Source: Escherichia phage vB_EcoM_Alf5 | Direction: 5' to 3' (one strand) | Sequence record: KX377933 | Length of the DNA stretch: 64,000 nucleotides | In this document: piece by piece, positions 6,020 through 16,861 of the stretch | Layout: each line of letters opens with the position of its first letter | How positions within the stretch are numbered: the stretch's first letter is position 1 | Made by a program: the position numbers and the translations under genes | Notes under the pieces: generated by a model | What the model saw: the letters and a program-made list of their open reading frames with translations, nothing else | Database searches by the model: none | What the model was told of the DNA's origin: nothing

Positions 6020-6220
6020 ATGAGTGAGACCGTTTATAAAGAACTTTATGAAGCTAACAAGAAGTTAGAGTTTATGCAGAATACTATCATGGCAATTGCA
6101 GACAGACTATCTGTAGCAACAGGTATTGATATTAAAGAAGCATCTATGGATGCACTTCTTGATGCTGTTGATGCAAAGTTCGAAGTTAAGAAAGAAGAGA
6201 CTGCTACAGACTCTGAATAA
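6020..6220 (+). CDS. hypothetical small acidic protein
   Basis: ATG 6020 after GGAG; 66 aa; immediately upstream of terminase. Confidence 0.45.
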   Translation: MSETVYKELYEANKKLEFMQNTIMAIADRLSVATGIDIKEASMDALLDAVDAKFEVKKEETATDSE

Positions 6221-6241
6221 TTCTATTTGCGGAGGCGCTTA

Positions 6242-7843
6242 ATGGACTTAAATGCTGTTAAGCAGAAGCGAGTGGAAGATGTTAGGAAAGTCCTAGCTGG
6301 AGAGTTGGGGCTTTCTGATGAAGTAAAAGAAATTATTAAATCATTCGGTAAAGACCCCTCTAAATTCCTTCCAACTCAAATTCTGACTTTATTAAGATAC
6401 ACACCAGACCAAGTTCGCCTCATCTTTAAATTGATGACTGATAAGAACTATGTAGCACCTCAACCGGGTTCTCAAGAGGTCTTTTTAAATACTAATGCTG
6501 ACTTGGTTCTCTATGGTGGTGCTGCTGGTGCTGGTAAAACTGCCGCATTGTTAATGGACTCTTTAAGATTTATTGAAGACCCTAACTATAATGCTGTATA
6601 TTTCCGTCGAAATACAACACAGTTACAAGGTGGTTTATGGCCTGCTGCAAAGAAACTATTTGGTAAGTTTGGTGGGATTCCTCACGAGCAGAAAATGACT
6701 ATCACATTCCCTTCTGGGGCGACTATCAAGTTTACCTATCTAGAACTTGAAAAGCACGCTGAAGGTCATCAGGGTATTGAATACTCAGCTATTTACTTTG
6801 ACGAAGGTACACACTTCTCTGCTTCACAGATTTCATACCTACAAACTCGTCTACGTTCTGGTGCTGAAGGTGATTCATACATGAAGATTTCCATGAACCC
6901 AGATAGAGACCACTTTATTTACGATTGGGTAGAACCATTCTTAGATGAAGAAGGTTACCCAGACCCTGAAAAGTGTGGTCGTATTCGTTGGTATGTAATG
7001 AATGATGGTGTGATGGTTTCTGATTGGGAGAGAGACAAGATTCTTGAAATGTTCCCTCTTGAGATTCCTCAAACATACACCTTCATCTCTGGTACGATTG
7101 ATGATAACCCAATTCTTGACTTCTTAGAGCCAAAGTATCGCGGTAAGCTTGAAAACAACACTCCTGTAAACGTTGCAAGACTTCGTTTCGGTAACTGGAA
7201 GGCTCGTGCAGAAGGTTCAAACTATTGGCAAAGACAATGGTGTGAGATTGTTGATTCACTCCCAGAAGATGTATTTGATGTTAGAGCATGGGACTTAGCA
7301 GCAACTTTACCATCTGAGGTTAACCCTAATCCAGACTGGACAGCAGGTGTTAAGATGGGTAAATCTAAAAAAGACGGTTGCTATTATATCATTGATGTAG
7401 TAAGATTTAGAGATAGACCCTCTGGAGTCGAAACACAAATTAATTTGACTGCTGAAAGTGACGGTAAGCGAACTGGTATTTTTATCCCTCAAGACCCAGG
7501 CGCTGCTGGTAAATCCTACGCAACATCCCTCATCAGGAAACTTGCCGAGAAAGGCTATCGTGCAAGAGCTAAACCAACAAATAAAGATAAAGTTACCCGC
7601 TTTGCGGGATTTTCTGCTGCTTCTGAAGCTGGACTTGTAAAAGTCTTGAGAGGTAGTTGGAATGAAGCTTACTTTCAAGAGCTTGAAGGCTTTTGTGGTG
7701 ATGGCAAAACTAAAGATGACCAAGTGGATGCTACCAGTGATGCTTTCAACAGTCTTAACGAAGTTAAATTATTCAAGCCACCATCAATGGGTGCTCACAC
7801 AGACTTAGTGAGAGGAAATCCATATGAGGGGCTTAGACGTTGA
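6242..7843 (+). CDS. terL: terminase large subunit
   Basis: Walker A LYGGAAGAGKTAAL; ~530 aa; GGAGG 6231-6235 before ATG 6242 (ORF-track 6227 is an in-frame TTG). Confidence 0.85.
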   Translation: MDLNAVKQKRVEDVRKVLAGELGLSDEVKEIIKSFGKDPSKFLPTQILTLLRYTPDQVRLIFKLMTDKNYVAPQPGSQEVFLNTNADLVLYGGAAGAGKTAALLMDSLRFIEDPNYNAVYFRRNTTQLQGGLWPAAKKLFGKFGGIPHEQKMTITFPSGATIKFTYLELEKHAEGHQGIEYSAIYFDEGTHFSASQISYLQTRLRSGAEGDSYMKISMNPDRDHFIYDWVEPFLDEEGYPDPEKCGRIRWYVMNDGVMVSDWERDKILEMFPLEIPQTYTFISGTIDDNPILDFLEPKYRGKLENNTPVNVARLRFGNWKARAEGSNYWQRQWCEIVDSLPEDVFDVRAWDLAATLPSEVNPNPDWTAGVKMGKSKKDGCYYIIDVVRFRDRPSGVETQINLTAESDGKRTGIFIPQDPGAAGKSYATSLIRKLAEKGYRARAKPTNKDKVTRFAGFSAASEAGLVKVLRGSWNEAYFQELEGFCGDGKTKDDQVDATSDAFNSLNEVKLFKPPSMGAHTDLVRGNPYEGLRR

Positions 7844-7859
7844 TAGCTAGGTGAGAAGA

Positions 7860-9326
7860 ATGGCAGATATTACAGAAACACAAGAAAGCTTACCACCATT
7901 TAGAATGGGTGAAGTAGGTTCTTTGGGTCTGAAGGTTAAGAATGGAAGAATCTATGAAGAACCTCGTCAGGCACTAAGGTTCCCTGAAAGTATTAAAACT
8001 TTCCAATTAATGATGCGTGACCCTGCTGTAGCAGCATCTGTAAATATTATTAAGATGTTTGTCAGAAAAGTCAACTGGAGATTCGTACCTCCAAAGGGAA
8101 AAGAGCAAGACCCTAAAATGCTTGAAAGAGCAGACTTCTTTAATTCTTTAATGGATGACATGGAGCATGATTGGGCAGATTTTATTAATTCTGTAATGTC
8201 ATTCTGCACTTATGGGTTCTGTGTTAACGAGAAAGTTTATAAGAAGCGACAGGGTAAAAAAGGAAAGTACCAGTCAAAATTTGATGATGGTCTAATTGGA
8301 TGGGCTAAATTACCAATCAGAAACCAATCAACACTTGATAAGTGGTATTTTGATGAAGACTTTAGAAAAGTTACTGGTGTCAGACAAAATCTGAGAAATG
8401 TTTCACATATTGCTGGAGCAATTAATCTTGGAGAGAGACCATTAACAAGAAAACTTCCACGAGCTAAATTCATGCTGTTTAAGTATGATGATGAATATGG
8501 AAACCCAGAAGGTCGTTCACCATTACTTAATGCTTATGTACCGTGGAAATATAAAGTACAAATTGAAGAGTATGAAGCTGTTGGTGTTTCAAGAGACTTG
8601 GTAGGTATGCCAAAGATTGGTTTACCACCTGACTATCTGGATGAAAATGCAGAACCTGAAAAGAAAGCTTTCGTACAATACTGCAAAACTGTTGTTAACG
8701 ATATGATTGCTAATGACAGAGCAGGTTTAATCTGGCCTAGATATATCGACCCAGATACTAAAGAGGATATTTTTGAGTTCTCATTAGTTTCTAGACAGGG
8801 TGCTAAAGCATATGACACAGGTTCTATTATTGACAGATACTCCAAGCAGATTATGATGGCATTCATGTCAGATATTCTTGCTATGGGTCAGTCAAAATAC
8901 GGTTCATTCTCTCTTGCAGATTCTAAGACAAGCTTATTGGCGATGTCAGTAGATATCCTGCTGAAGCAAATTAAGAACGTAATTAACCGTGATTTAGTTG
9001 CACAGACTTATGCTCTTAATATGTGGGACGATGAAGAACATGTGCAAATCACATATGATGATATCGAAACTCCAGACCTTGAAGCAATTGGTTCTTATAT
9101 TCAAAAGACTGTTGCAGTAGGTGCTTTGGAAGTTGACAAAGAGCTATCTAACAAGCTTAGAGAGCATATTGGTCTTCCTCCTGCTGATGAGTCTCAACCA
9201 GTATCTGAAAAGCTTTCTCCAAATAGCCAAAGCCGCTCAGGAGATGGTTATAAGACCGCTGGAGAAGGTACTGCAAAGACACCTTCAGCGAAAGACCCAA
9301 GCACAGCAAATAAGGCAAATAAATAA
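7860..9326 (+). CDS. portal protein (putative)
   Basis: ~490 aa ORF directly after terminase; Ser/Gly/Lys-rich C-terminal tail; assigned by position and size. Confidence 0.55.
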   Translation: MADITETQESLPPFRMGEVGSLGLKVKNGRIYEEPRQALRFPESIKTFQLMMRDPAVAASVNIIKMFVRKVNWRFVPPKGKEQDPKMLERADFFNSLMDDMEHDWADFINSVMSFCTYGFCVNEKVYKKRQGKKGKYQSKFDDGLIGWAKLPIRNQSTLDKWYFDEDFRKVTGVRQNLRNVSHIAGAINLGERPLTRKLPRAKFMLFKYDDEYGNPEGRSPLLNAYVPWKYKVQIEEYEAVGVSRDLVGMPKIGLPPDYLDENAEPEKKAFVQYCKTVVNDMIANDRAGLIWPRYIDPDTKEDIFEFSLVSRQGAKAYDTGSIIDRYSKQIMMAFMSDILAMGQSKYGSFSLADSKTSLLAMSVDILLKQIKNVINRDLVAQTYALNMWDDEEHVQITYDDIETPDLEAIGSYIQKTVAVGALEVDKELSNKLREHIGLPPADESQPVSEKLSPNSQSRSGDGYKTAGEGTAKTPSAKDPSTANKANK

Positions 9327-9826
9327 TGGCTGAAGTTATCTCTATTTCAAATGCTACACGAGTGCATTCGTATAGAGGTGTTCTTATTATCACTGACAAA
9401 TTATCTGTAGAGGCTGGCTCAAGGGTCAGCCTTTCAGGTTATGTAAGTGATGGTGGAGCCTCTGACGTTTTCACTATTTGCAGGTTACTTGATGCTCCAA
9501 TGAGTGGAAAACCGTTTATTTCAGGAAATTGTAGTGAAATTGTTAAAATTCCATTTGACAGTTCATGCCTTTTGGGTGTAAAGTTATATAACTGCGAGAA
9601 TAAACGTATCAATGTTAATAGCATTGAAGCCGCTTTCATTACCCTCGACACTGCATTTCAATCTCCAATGACAGTTAATAAAGAAACAAACAGACTTGAG
9701 TACATTTTTTCACAAAATGATTACAAAGTACTTGTCAAAGGTAAAGTATATGATATGATTGTAAATGTGGTAGATGAATCTGGTAACCATTCAACAGTCC
9801 TTAAACAAAAAGTAAGGTTTAATTAA
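9326..9826 (+). CDS. hypothetical head-module protein
   Basis: 166 aa ORF between portal and protease; no family recognised. Confidence 0.4.
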   Translation: MAEVISISNATRVHSYRGVLIITDKLSVEAGSRVSLSGYVSDGGASDVFTICRLLDAPMSGKPFISGNCSEIVKIPFDSSCLLGVKLYNCENKRINVNSIEAAFITLDTAFQSPMTVNKETNRLEYIFSQNDYKVLVKGKVYDMIVNVVDESGNHSTVLKQKVRFN

Positions 9827-10158
9827 TGGGAACATTAACTATTGATGGTAAGAATAAAATCCTCGCCACGCTAACCCCAACGACTATTATTTTACACAAT
9901 GTAGACCCAACGGCAGACCCTACAGCAAATAAGGTTACTCAGCCAGTGGCTATTTATTTTTCTGAACCGGATAATGGCTTAATTGCCTCAGAAGACACAG
10001 TTAATATTACTGTTCCAGCTTCTGCAACGGTCTCACACTATAGCTTGTGGGATGCTAACGATAAATGCGTGGCAACTGGTGCTCTTAGCAAACCTCAATT
10101 CTTTGCTGAAGAAGGTATCTATGTTATCTCTTCAGTCTCTGTAGATTTAAACAAATAG
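9826..10158 (+). CDS. hypothetical head-module protein
   Basis: 110 aa ORF, start abuts the upstream stop. Confidence 0.4.
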   Translation: MGTLTIDGKNKILATLTPTTIILHNVDPTADPTANKVTQPVAIYFSEPDNGLIASEDTVNITVPASATVSHYSLWDANDKCVATGALSKPQFFAEEGIYVISSVSVDLNK

Positions 10159-10169
10159 GGTGAGTAAAA

Positions 10170-11516
10170 ATGAGTTCGAATATCTTCAGACTTGCTGATA
10201 GATTATTCAACCAACCTTTACTAGCCACTGAATCATTAGCTCACTCAGCAGCAACTTATGTAAATAACAGATTGCTGGGTGATGTCCAAGCAGCAGTAAA
10301 CTTTGATAAACCCAAAGGTGAAGCAAGAAGTCTTTTAAAAGTGAAAGATGACATTGCTATTATCCCTATTATGGGCGGTTTAACCCATCGTATGACATTC
10401 ATTGATGCAATGTGTACAGGTGGATTAAGCTCTTATGAAGGTTTGCGTAGAGGCTTTGACGAAGCTTTAGCAGATGAGTCAATCAAGACTATTGTTCTGC
10501 ACATTGATTCTGGTGGCGGTGAAGCTTCAGGTTGCTTTGAATTAGCACGTCACATTATGGCTTCAAGAGGCCAAAAGAAAATTATTGCTTATGTGGATGA
10601 GTTCGCTTGTTCCGCTGCATACGCTCTTGCATCTTCTGCTGAAGAAATTATTGCATCACCAGATGCAGATGTTGGTTCTATTGGTGTAATTATGGTTCAT
10701 CAGGAATTAACTAAAGCATTTGAAAAGAATGGCGTAACAATTAACGTCATCAAGGCTGGTGAGTTTAAAGGTATGGGTTCACCATTCCAAGCACTTTCAG
10801 AAGAAAGCAAAGAAAGACTTCAAAAGAGAATTAATGATACCTACGCAACCTTTACAGGTTTTGTAGCTGAATCTCGTAATCTCTCTGAAGAAGCTGTAAA
10901 GAATACTGAGGCGAATGTTTATTCTGCTCAGGAAGCTCTTGAACTTGGTTTAATTAACTCAATCATGTCTCAAGATGATTTCTTAAATTACTTACAAGGT
11001 TCTGAAGAGGCTCCTGTAAGTTTAAACGTTAACAATTCAGGTGAAGAAATGACTGAACAAGAAAAGCAAGAACTAGAAGCTTTGCGTCTTCAGGTTGCTC
11101 AAATGAAAGCTAAAGAACAGGAAGCTGCTTTGTCAGATTTGACTAATAAGATTTCTGCTTCTGCTGAAGCTTTTGGATTTGATGCAAAAGAAGCTGCAAC
11201 GACTATTTTAGGTGCTGGTCTTGATAACCCTCTGAGTGTTCTGTTTATGAATGCTATGGAAGGTGCTAACCAGAAACTTAATGAAACTATCGCGTCCCAT
11301 GCTTCTGCAATGGAAGAAAAAGAATCAGAAATCACCAAGCTGAAAGAAACCGCTGGTGCTGTTCTTGAACATTCCAACGCTATGGAAGAAGTGGGTAATG
11401 ACGGCGAAGCTGATTTGGTTGAAGAAGAAAAAGAACCAGCTAAGAATGCTTCCGAAGACACCGCTGAACAACGCAAACTGGCTCTCCAGAATGCTCTAAA
11501 ATCTCTTATCAAATAA
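10170..11516 (+). CDS. prohead protease (S49/SppA-like) fused to scaffold-like C-terminal domain
   Basis: S49-type core (IIPIMGG...HIDSGGGEASG...FACSAAYALA...SIGVIMV) followed by a Glu/Ala/Lys-rich coiled-coil tail. Confidence 0.7.
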   Translation: MSSNIFRLADRLFNQPLLATESLAHSAATYVNNRLLGDVQAAVNFDKPKGEARSLLKVKDDIAIIPIMGGLTHRMTFIDAMCTGGLSSYEGLRRGFDEALADESIKTIVLHIDSGGGEASGCFELARHIMASRGQKKIIAYVDEFACSAAYALASSAEEIIASPDADVGSIGVIMVHQELTKAFEKNGVTINVIKAGEFKGMGSPFQALSEESKERLQKRINDTYATFTGFVAESRNLSEEAVKNTEANVYSAQEALELGLINSIMSQDDFLNYLQGSEEAPVSLNVNNSGEEMTEQEKQELEALRLQVAQMKAKEQEAALSDLTNKISASAEAFGFDAKEAATTILGAGLDNPLSVLFMNAMEGANQKLNETIASHASAMEEKESEITKLKETAGAVLEHSNAMEEVGNDGEADLVEEEKEPAKNASEDTAEQRKLALQNALKSLIK

Positions 11517-11527
11517 GGAACACAATA

Positions 11528-11905
11528 ATGGCATATCAAGGTTTTACTAAGTTAGGTAACAGAGAACCTCTGAATGATATCATTCTTTGGGAACAGATTA
11601 CCCCAACAGGCCACTCTCGTAAAGAGTACACTCCGGTTGCTTCAACAGAATACCGTGTAGGTGAAGTTCTGAAAGCAGACGGTACTAAGGTACAAGCTGG
11701 AGAAGAAGCCCAAGCAGACTCTGTATGTATCGTTAATTTCTACGCAGACCTGCAATTGTCTTATCATGGTCAGTTGAAAGTGGTAGGTATCCACCGTGAT
11801 GCAGAACTAAAAGACCTGCTGACTCTTGAATCAAGCGTTAATGCTGCTGAAGTCAAGAAAGCTCTGGCTGCTAAAGGTATTGATTTCGTACCAACTGGCC
11901 TGTAA
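11528..11905 (+). CDS. head decoration protein (putative)
   Basis: 125 aa ORF between protease/scaffold and major capsid; assigned by position only. Confidence 0.3.
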   Translation: MAYQGFTKLGNREPLNDIILWEQITPTGHSRKEYTPVASTEYRVGEVLKADGTKVQAGEEAQADSVCIVNFYADLQLSYHGQLKVVGIHRDAELKDLLTLESSVNAAEVKKALAAKGIDFVPTGL

Positions 11906-11938
11906 TAACAATAATAAGACATTCTGGAGAATTTTACA

Positions 11939-13048
11939 ATGTTGACTAATTCTGAAAAAAGCAGATTTTTACTTGCTGACCTGACTCGTGAAGTCCAGTC
12001 TATCCCAAACACTTATGGGTATATTTCCAACTTAGGTCTGTTCCGTTCAGCACCACAAACTCAGACAACCTTCCTGATGGACTTGACAGATTGGGATATC
12101 AGCTTGCTTGATGCTGTAGACCGCACTAGCCGTAAAGCTGAAACAAGTGCTCCTGAGCGTGTTCGTCAAATCAGCTTCCCAATGCTGTACTTCAAGGAAG
12201 TTGAAAGCATTACTCCTGATGAGATTCAGGGTGTACGTCAGCCAGGTACTGCAAATGAACTAACCACTGAAGCCATCGTTCGTGCTAAGAAGCTGATGAA
12301 GATTCGCACCAAGTTCGATATTACTCGTGAGTTCTTGTTCATGCAAGCTCTGAAGGGTAAAGTTATCGACGCTAATGGTGTTCTGTACGCAGACCTGTAC
12401 AAACAGTTCGATGTAACTAAGAAGACTATCTACTTCGACCTTGACAATCCGAACTCTGATATTGATGCTCACATCGAAGACCTACGTATGCACATGGAAG
12501 ACGAAGCTAAGACTGGTACTGTAATCAACGGTGAAGAGATTCACGTAGTTGTTGACAGAACTTTCTTCAGTAAACTTACCAAGCATCCGAAGATTCGTGA
12601 CGCATACCTTGCACAGCAGACTCCGCTGGCATGGCAACAGATTACTGGCTCTCTGAGAACTGGTGGTTCTGATGGTGTTCAGGCTCATATGAACACGTTC
12701 TACTACGGTGGTGTTAAGTTTGTCCAGTACAACGGTAAGTTCAAAGACAAGCGCGGCAAGACCCATACTCTGGTTAGCATCGATGGTGTTACTCAGGATG
12801 GAACTGTAGGTGTAGGGCACGCTTTCCCTAACGTTTCTATGCTTGGTGAAGCAAACAACATCTTTGAAGTAGCTTACGCTCCATGTCCGAAGATGGGCTA
12901 CGCAAATACTCTGGGTCAGGAGTTGTACGTATTTGAATACGAAAAAGACCGTGATGAAGGTATTGACTTTGAAGCTCACTCTTACATGCTGCCATACTGC
13001 ACACGTCCTCAGTTGCTGGTAGATGTTCGTTCTGACGCTCAAGAATAA
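11939..13048 (+). CDS. major capsid protein (putative)
   Basis: 369 aa ORF after protease and decoration genes; synonymous-looking codon usage and TAA stop; assigned by synteny. Confidence 0.6.
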   Translation: MLTNSEKSRFLLADLTREVQSIPNTYGYISNLGLFRSAPQTQTTFLMDLTDWDISLLDAVDRTSRKAETSAPERVRQISFPMLYFKEVESITPDEIQGVRQPGTANELTTEAIVRAKKLMKIRTKFDITREFLFMQALKGKVIDANGVLYADLYKQFDVTKKTIYFDLDNPNSDIDAHIEDLRMHMEDEAKTGTVINGEEIHVVVDRTFFSKLTKHPKIRDAYLAQQTPLAWQQITGSLRTGGSDGVQAHMNTFYYGGVKFVQYNGKFKDKRGKTHTLVSIDGVTQDGTVGVGHAFPNVSMLGEANNIFEVAYAPCPKMGYANTLGQELYVFEYEKDRDEGIDFEAHSYMLPYCTRPQLLVDVRSDAQE

Positions 13049-13069
13049 TATTCTTAAGGAGGGTTATGA

Positions 13070-13519
13070 ATGTGTTATACAGGCGACCCAGCCAATAACC
13101 CTCTTGATAGAGTAAGAATCCTCTGCACAGACACTAATAATGATGAAATTCTTATTGAGCAGTCTGTGCTAGAGTGGTTCTATCTAGAATCTGGAAAGGA
13201 TGAAAAGAAAGCAGCCATCAAAGCTCTTAAATATTTACTCTTTCAAGTAGCCAAGATGGGAGATGAGAAGGTTGGTGGTGTTTACTTACGTAACTCTTCC
13301 AGATTCAAGTCTCTGAAAGCTGTTTATGACGACCTTGTTAAAAGCTCTGTTTCAGGACTACCCTATGCAGGTGGTATTAATCAGTGTGATATTGACATGC
13401 GTCGTCAGAATCCTTGCTCTGTCAAGAAATACACAGAATATGGTGATGCTGCCAGATACGAAGGCAGAGATTACTGCAACCGTGTTAATGGCGTATTTAT
13501 TATCGAGCGAGATGAATAA
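13070..13519 (+). CDS. hypothetical head-tail joining protein
   Basis: 149 aa ORF after GGAGGG RBS; lies between capsid and tail genes. Confidence 0.4.
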   Translation: MCYTGDPANNPLDRVRILCTDTNNDEILIEQSVLEWFYLESGKDEKKAAIKALKYLLFQVAKMGDEKVGGVYLRNSSRFKSLKAVYDDLVKSSVSGLPYAGGINQCDIDMRRQNPCSVKKYTEYGDAARYEGRDYCNRVNGVFIIERDE

Positions 13520-14001
13520 TGGTTAAAAGGGTTATTCACCCCGCTAGAGCAAAATTAGTCGGGGCTATGAAGAACTTGCAAACGGCTAATGCTCAAGTTG
13601 GGTATTTTCAAGAACAAGGTCAACATAGCTCTGGTTTTTCTTATCCTGCTTTAATGTATTTACAAGAAGTTATTGGTGTTCCTTCAGCTTCTGGTAAAGT
13701 ATATCGTAGGTTGTTTGAAATCACTATGATGCTAAACAAACAGACCTTGTTAGAGCAGACTAAGAAGAATCTATATAAGCAACTTAGCAGTCTCAACACA
13801 GACACTTCAAATACCTTAGAAGCATTTGCAAAGAATGCTCAAAAGGCAATTAAAAGAGGTTTTGGTAATTCTGCTATCCTCCCTCCTAACGCACCTTCCA
13901 CAGTCAAGAAAAAAGGCTTTAACGCACCTCTTGTTGAGACAGGTGACTTAAGAGATAACCTTGCTTATAAAATTTCTACTAAGAAGGGTATTAAGAAATG
14001 A
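13519..14001 (+). CDS. hypothetical head-tail joining protein
   Basis: 160 aa ORF, start overlaps upstream stop (ATGA). Confidence 0.4.
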   Translation: MVKRVIHPARAKLVGAMKNLQTANAQVGYFQEQGQHSSGFSYPALMYLQEVIGVPSASGKVYRRLFEITMMLNKQTLLEQTKKNLYKQLSSLNTDTSNTLEAFAKNAQKAIKRGFGNSAILPPNAPSTVKKKGFNAPLVETGDLRDNLAYKISTKKGIKK

Positions 14002-14399
14002 GACTCTTAAACAGACACAGCTTTGTAGTAAAGCGTAAAGTCTCTGAAGACGGTTATTATAATGATGATGGTGATTGGGTAGCTTCACAAGATATTGTAG
14101 AGGTTAACTGCAAAGGTAATATCCAGCCATATATCAAAGGTTCTGTAAAGAATGGTACACAGATTGCTTTACCGGAAGGTATCAGGCTTACCGATACAAG
14201 AATCCTGTATACCACATATAGACTTAGAACTTCAGATGATGTAGAGTGGAATGAGTCTGATATTGTTATGATTGATGGTCATGAGTATGAAGTATTTATG
14301 ACTATGGATTGGTCACAGCAATTAGCCCATACATCCCATTATGAATATATCATTATTAGAAGGGATAAAATGAATGCAGTTAGAAACAGCAGAACTTGA
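13998..14399 (+). CDS. hypothetical head-tail joining protein
   Basis: 133 aa ORF, 4-nt overlap with upstream gene. Confidence 0.4.
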   Translation: MRLLNRHSFVVKRKVSEDGYYNDDGDWVASQDIVEVNCKGNIQPYIKGSVKNGTQIALPEGIRLTDTRILYTTYRLRTSDDVEWNESDIVMIDGHEYEVFMTMDWSQQLAHTSHYEYIIIRRDKMNAVRNSRT

Positions 14400-14973
14400 A
14401 AAAGGTCTAGTTAGAACCTTAGTGGGTGTTATTGGTCACAGACTAGCTCGTGATAAAAATAATAGACCAAATGTAATTAGAGCTTACCCTTCTGATAACT
14501 CAAATGACAAAGGTTTAAAACCTGACCAGCCATTTATTACCGTATATTGTCAAGATGCTGCAACACCTTATGGTTGGGTTCTTGATAAGTTTGTTGAGGA
14601 TGATGTAGTTTGCTACAGAATTGCTTTTCAGATTCCAGTATTAATTACGGTGAATGGTAAAGGTGCTCACAGTATTATGCTTGAGCTTAAACAACGATTA
14701 GAGATGAGTTCAGTCAGAGATTTAATCCTTGAAGAAACAGGAGCTACAGTACTAGACACTGGAGCTATCCCGAATGACTATACTTATCTCAATACAGATT
14801 TCGAAAATTCTGCACCTCTTGTTGTAACTCTTGTAAAAAACTCAGTCCTGAAGGATGAACGTGGAAGTATTATTGAGCGTGTCATTGTTGATGGTGAGTT
14901 GGTTTATGAAGAAGGACAAGAGCCACCAGAATATACTATCCATCTAGATGTAGACTCCAAAGGGGTAAAATAA
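14374..14973 (+). CDS. hypothetical tail-completion protein
   Basis: 199 aa ORF overlapping the upstream gene end; immediately precedes the sheath candidate. Confidence 0.4.
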   Translation: MQLETAELEKGLVRTLVGVIGHRLARDKNNRPNVIRAYPSDNSNDKGLKPDQPFITVYCQDAATPYGWVLDKFVEDDVVCYRIAFQIPVLITVNGKGAHSIMLELKQRLEMSSVRDLILEETGATVLDTGAIPNDYTYLNTDFENSAPLVVTLVKNSVLKDERGSIIERVIVDGELVYEEGQEPPEYTIHLDVDSKGVK

Positions 14974-16326
14974 ATGTGGAATCCAATTGTTAATGTAGAT
15001 ATTACATTGAACACCGCAGGAACTACAAGAGAAGGTTTTGGTTTGCCACTATTCTTAGCTTCAACAGATAACTTTGAAGAAAGAGTACGTGGTTACACTT
15101 CCTTAACTGAAGTTGCTGAAGATTTCGATGAGAATACTGCTGCATATAAGGCTGCTAAACAACTTTGGAGTCAGACTCCTAAAGTAACTCAGCTTTATAT
15201 CGGTAGACGCGCTATGCAGTACACTGTATCAATTCCTGATGCCGTTACCGAAAGTACAGACTACTCAATTACTGTAGCTGTTGGCGGTGGAATTTCTCAA
15301 CCATACCAGTACACAGCACAAGATTCAGACACTGCTGAGGTAGTGTTGCAACAGTTTAAAACACAGATTGAAGCTGACCCAACAATCAAAGATAAGGTTT
15401 CTGTGAATGTAACTGGTAGCAATGGCTCTGCCACAATGATTATTACCAAAGCTGGTGATAATGACTTTGTGAAAGTAACAACCACAGCACAGACTGTATA
15501 TATTGCAAGTACAACTGCTGATACAGCAGCAACTGCTCTGGCAGCTATCGAAGCTTACTCTACTGACTGGTATTTCATTGCAGCAGAAGACAGAACTCAA
15601 CAGTTTGTCTTAGCAATGGCTTCTGAGATTCAGGCTCGTAAGAAAATCTTCTTTACGGCTAACTCCGATGTAACAGCCCTACAAGGTACAGAATTAGCCA
15701 GTGCAAATGATGTTCCAGCACAGCTTGCTAAGAATATGTACACTCGTACAGTTTGCTTGTGGCATCACGCAGCAGCAGAAGATTATCCAGAGATGGCATA
15801 CATTGCTTATGGTGCTCCATATGATGCAGGTTCAATTGCTTGGGGTAATGCTCAGTTAACTGGTGTAGCAGCTTCTCTACAACCATCTAATCAGAGACCT
15901 CTGACAAGTATTCAGAAGTCTGCTTTAGATGTACGTCACTGTAACTTTATTGACCTTGATGGCGGTGTTCCAGTGGTTCGTAGAGGGATTACTTCTGGTG
16001 GGGAATGGATTGATATCGTCCGTGGTGTTGACTGGTTAGAATCAGACCTGAAAACTTCTCTGAGAGACTTGCTAATTAACCAGAAGGGTGGTAAGATTAC
16101 TTATGATGATACTGGTATTACCCGTATTCGTCAAGTCATTGAAACCTCTCTGCAAAGAGCAGTCAACAGAAACTTCCTGTCATCTTACACAGTTAATGTT
16201 CCTAAAGCCTCTCAAGTTGCTTTAGCAGACAAGAAAGCGCGTATCCTGAAAGACGTTACCTTCGCAGGTATCTTAGCAGGGGCTATCTTGGATGTTGACT
16301 TGAAAGGTACAGTGGCTTACGAATAA
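14974..16326 (+). CDS. tail sheath protein (putative)
   Basis: 450 aa ORF followed by a ~150 aa tube-sized ORF, chaperone pair and tape measure, the order seen in P2/Mu-type contractile tails. Confidence 0.5.
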   Translation: MWNPIVNVDITLNTAGTTREGFGLPLFLASTDNFEERVRGYTSLTEVAEDFDENTAAYKAAKQLWSQTPKVTQLYIGRRAMQYTVSIPDAVTESTDYSITVAVGGGISQPYQYTAQDSDTAEVVLQQFKTQIEADPTIKDKVSVNVTGSNGSATMIITKAGDNDFVKVTTTAQTVYIASTTADTAATALAAIEAYSTDWYFIAAEDRTQQFVLAMASEIQARKKIFFTANSDVTALQGTELASANDVPAQLAKNMYTRTVCLWHHAAAEDYPEMAYIAYGAPYDAGSIAWGNAQLTGVAASLQPSNQRPLTSIQKSALDVRHCNFIDLDGGVPVVRRGITSGGEWIDIVRGVDWLESDLKTSLRDLLINQKGGKITYDDTGITRIRQVIETSLQRAVNRNFLSSYTVNVPKASQVALADKKARILKDVTFAGILAGAILDVDLKGTVAYE

Positions 16327-16341
16327 TAGAGGTAAATTGGA

Positions 16342-16788
16342 ATGGCTATGTATCAGCAATATTCCCCTAAAGACGTTGTATGTAGCTGGAACGGCATTGC
16401 TATTGAAGGCTTTGCTCCAGACTCATTCTTGCGTCTACAGAGAACATCACCACTTGTGACACCAGTTGTTGGTGCAGGTGGTCAGGTTGCTCTGACACGA
16501 AATGCAGACAAGACAGGTACTATTGAGATTGAGTTAATGCAGACTTCTCTCTCTAACCAGATGCTTTCTGCAATTCAAGCTAAACAAGACAATATGGAAC
16601 TTGAAGAAGATATCTCTTCTAACTTCGTAATCTACGACCCATCAGGCTCTGTTCTGGCAACTGGTATCAACGCTTGGTTGCAGGAGTTACCACAGATTGA
16701 ACTTGGTCGTGACCAGAACTCTAAAACTTGGATTTTTGGTTGTGAGAAGCTAGACTACACTTCTACAATTCCAGCGTCAAGTGTTTAA
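16342..16788 (+). CDS. tail tube protein (putative)
   Basis: 148 aa ORF immediately after sheath candidate; followed by a strong terminator. Confidence 0.45.
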   Translation: MAMYQQYSPKDVVCSWNGIAIEGFAPDSFLRLQRTSPLVTPVVGAGGQVALTRNADKTGTIEIELMQTSLSNQMLSAIQAKQDNMELEEDISSNFVIYDPSGSVLATGINAWLQELPQIELGRDQNSKTWIFGCEKLDYTSTIPASSV

Positions 16789-16797
16789 TAAATCCTA

Positions 16798-16832
16798 TAA
16801 GGGGGAGACTTTAAAAGGTCTTCCCCTTTTTT
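16798..16832 (+). terminator. intrinsic terminator
   Basis: GGGGGAGAC-TTTAAAAG-GTCTTCCCC hairpin followed by TTTTTT. Confidence 0.7.
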
Positions 16833-16861
16833 GTTTCTTTTAAAAGTATTAAGGAATCACA

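Noticed and set aside
7307-7723. Antisense ORFs inside large well-supported genes (for example 7307-7723, 11099-11539, 12482-13042, 24421-24945, 39638-40486, 46122-46493)
   Set aside because: Fully nested on the opposite strand of genes with clear motifs or synteny; no RBS; typical shadow ORFs.
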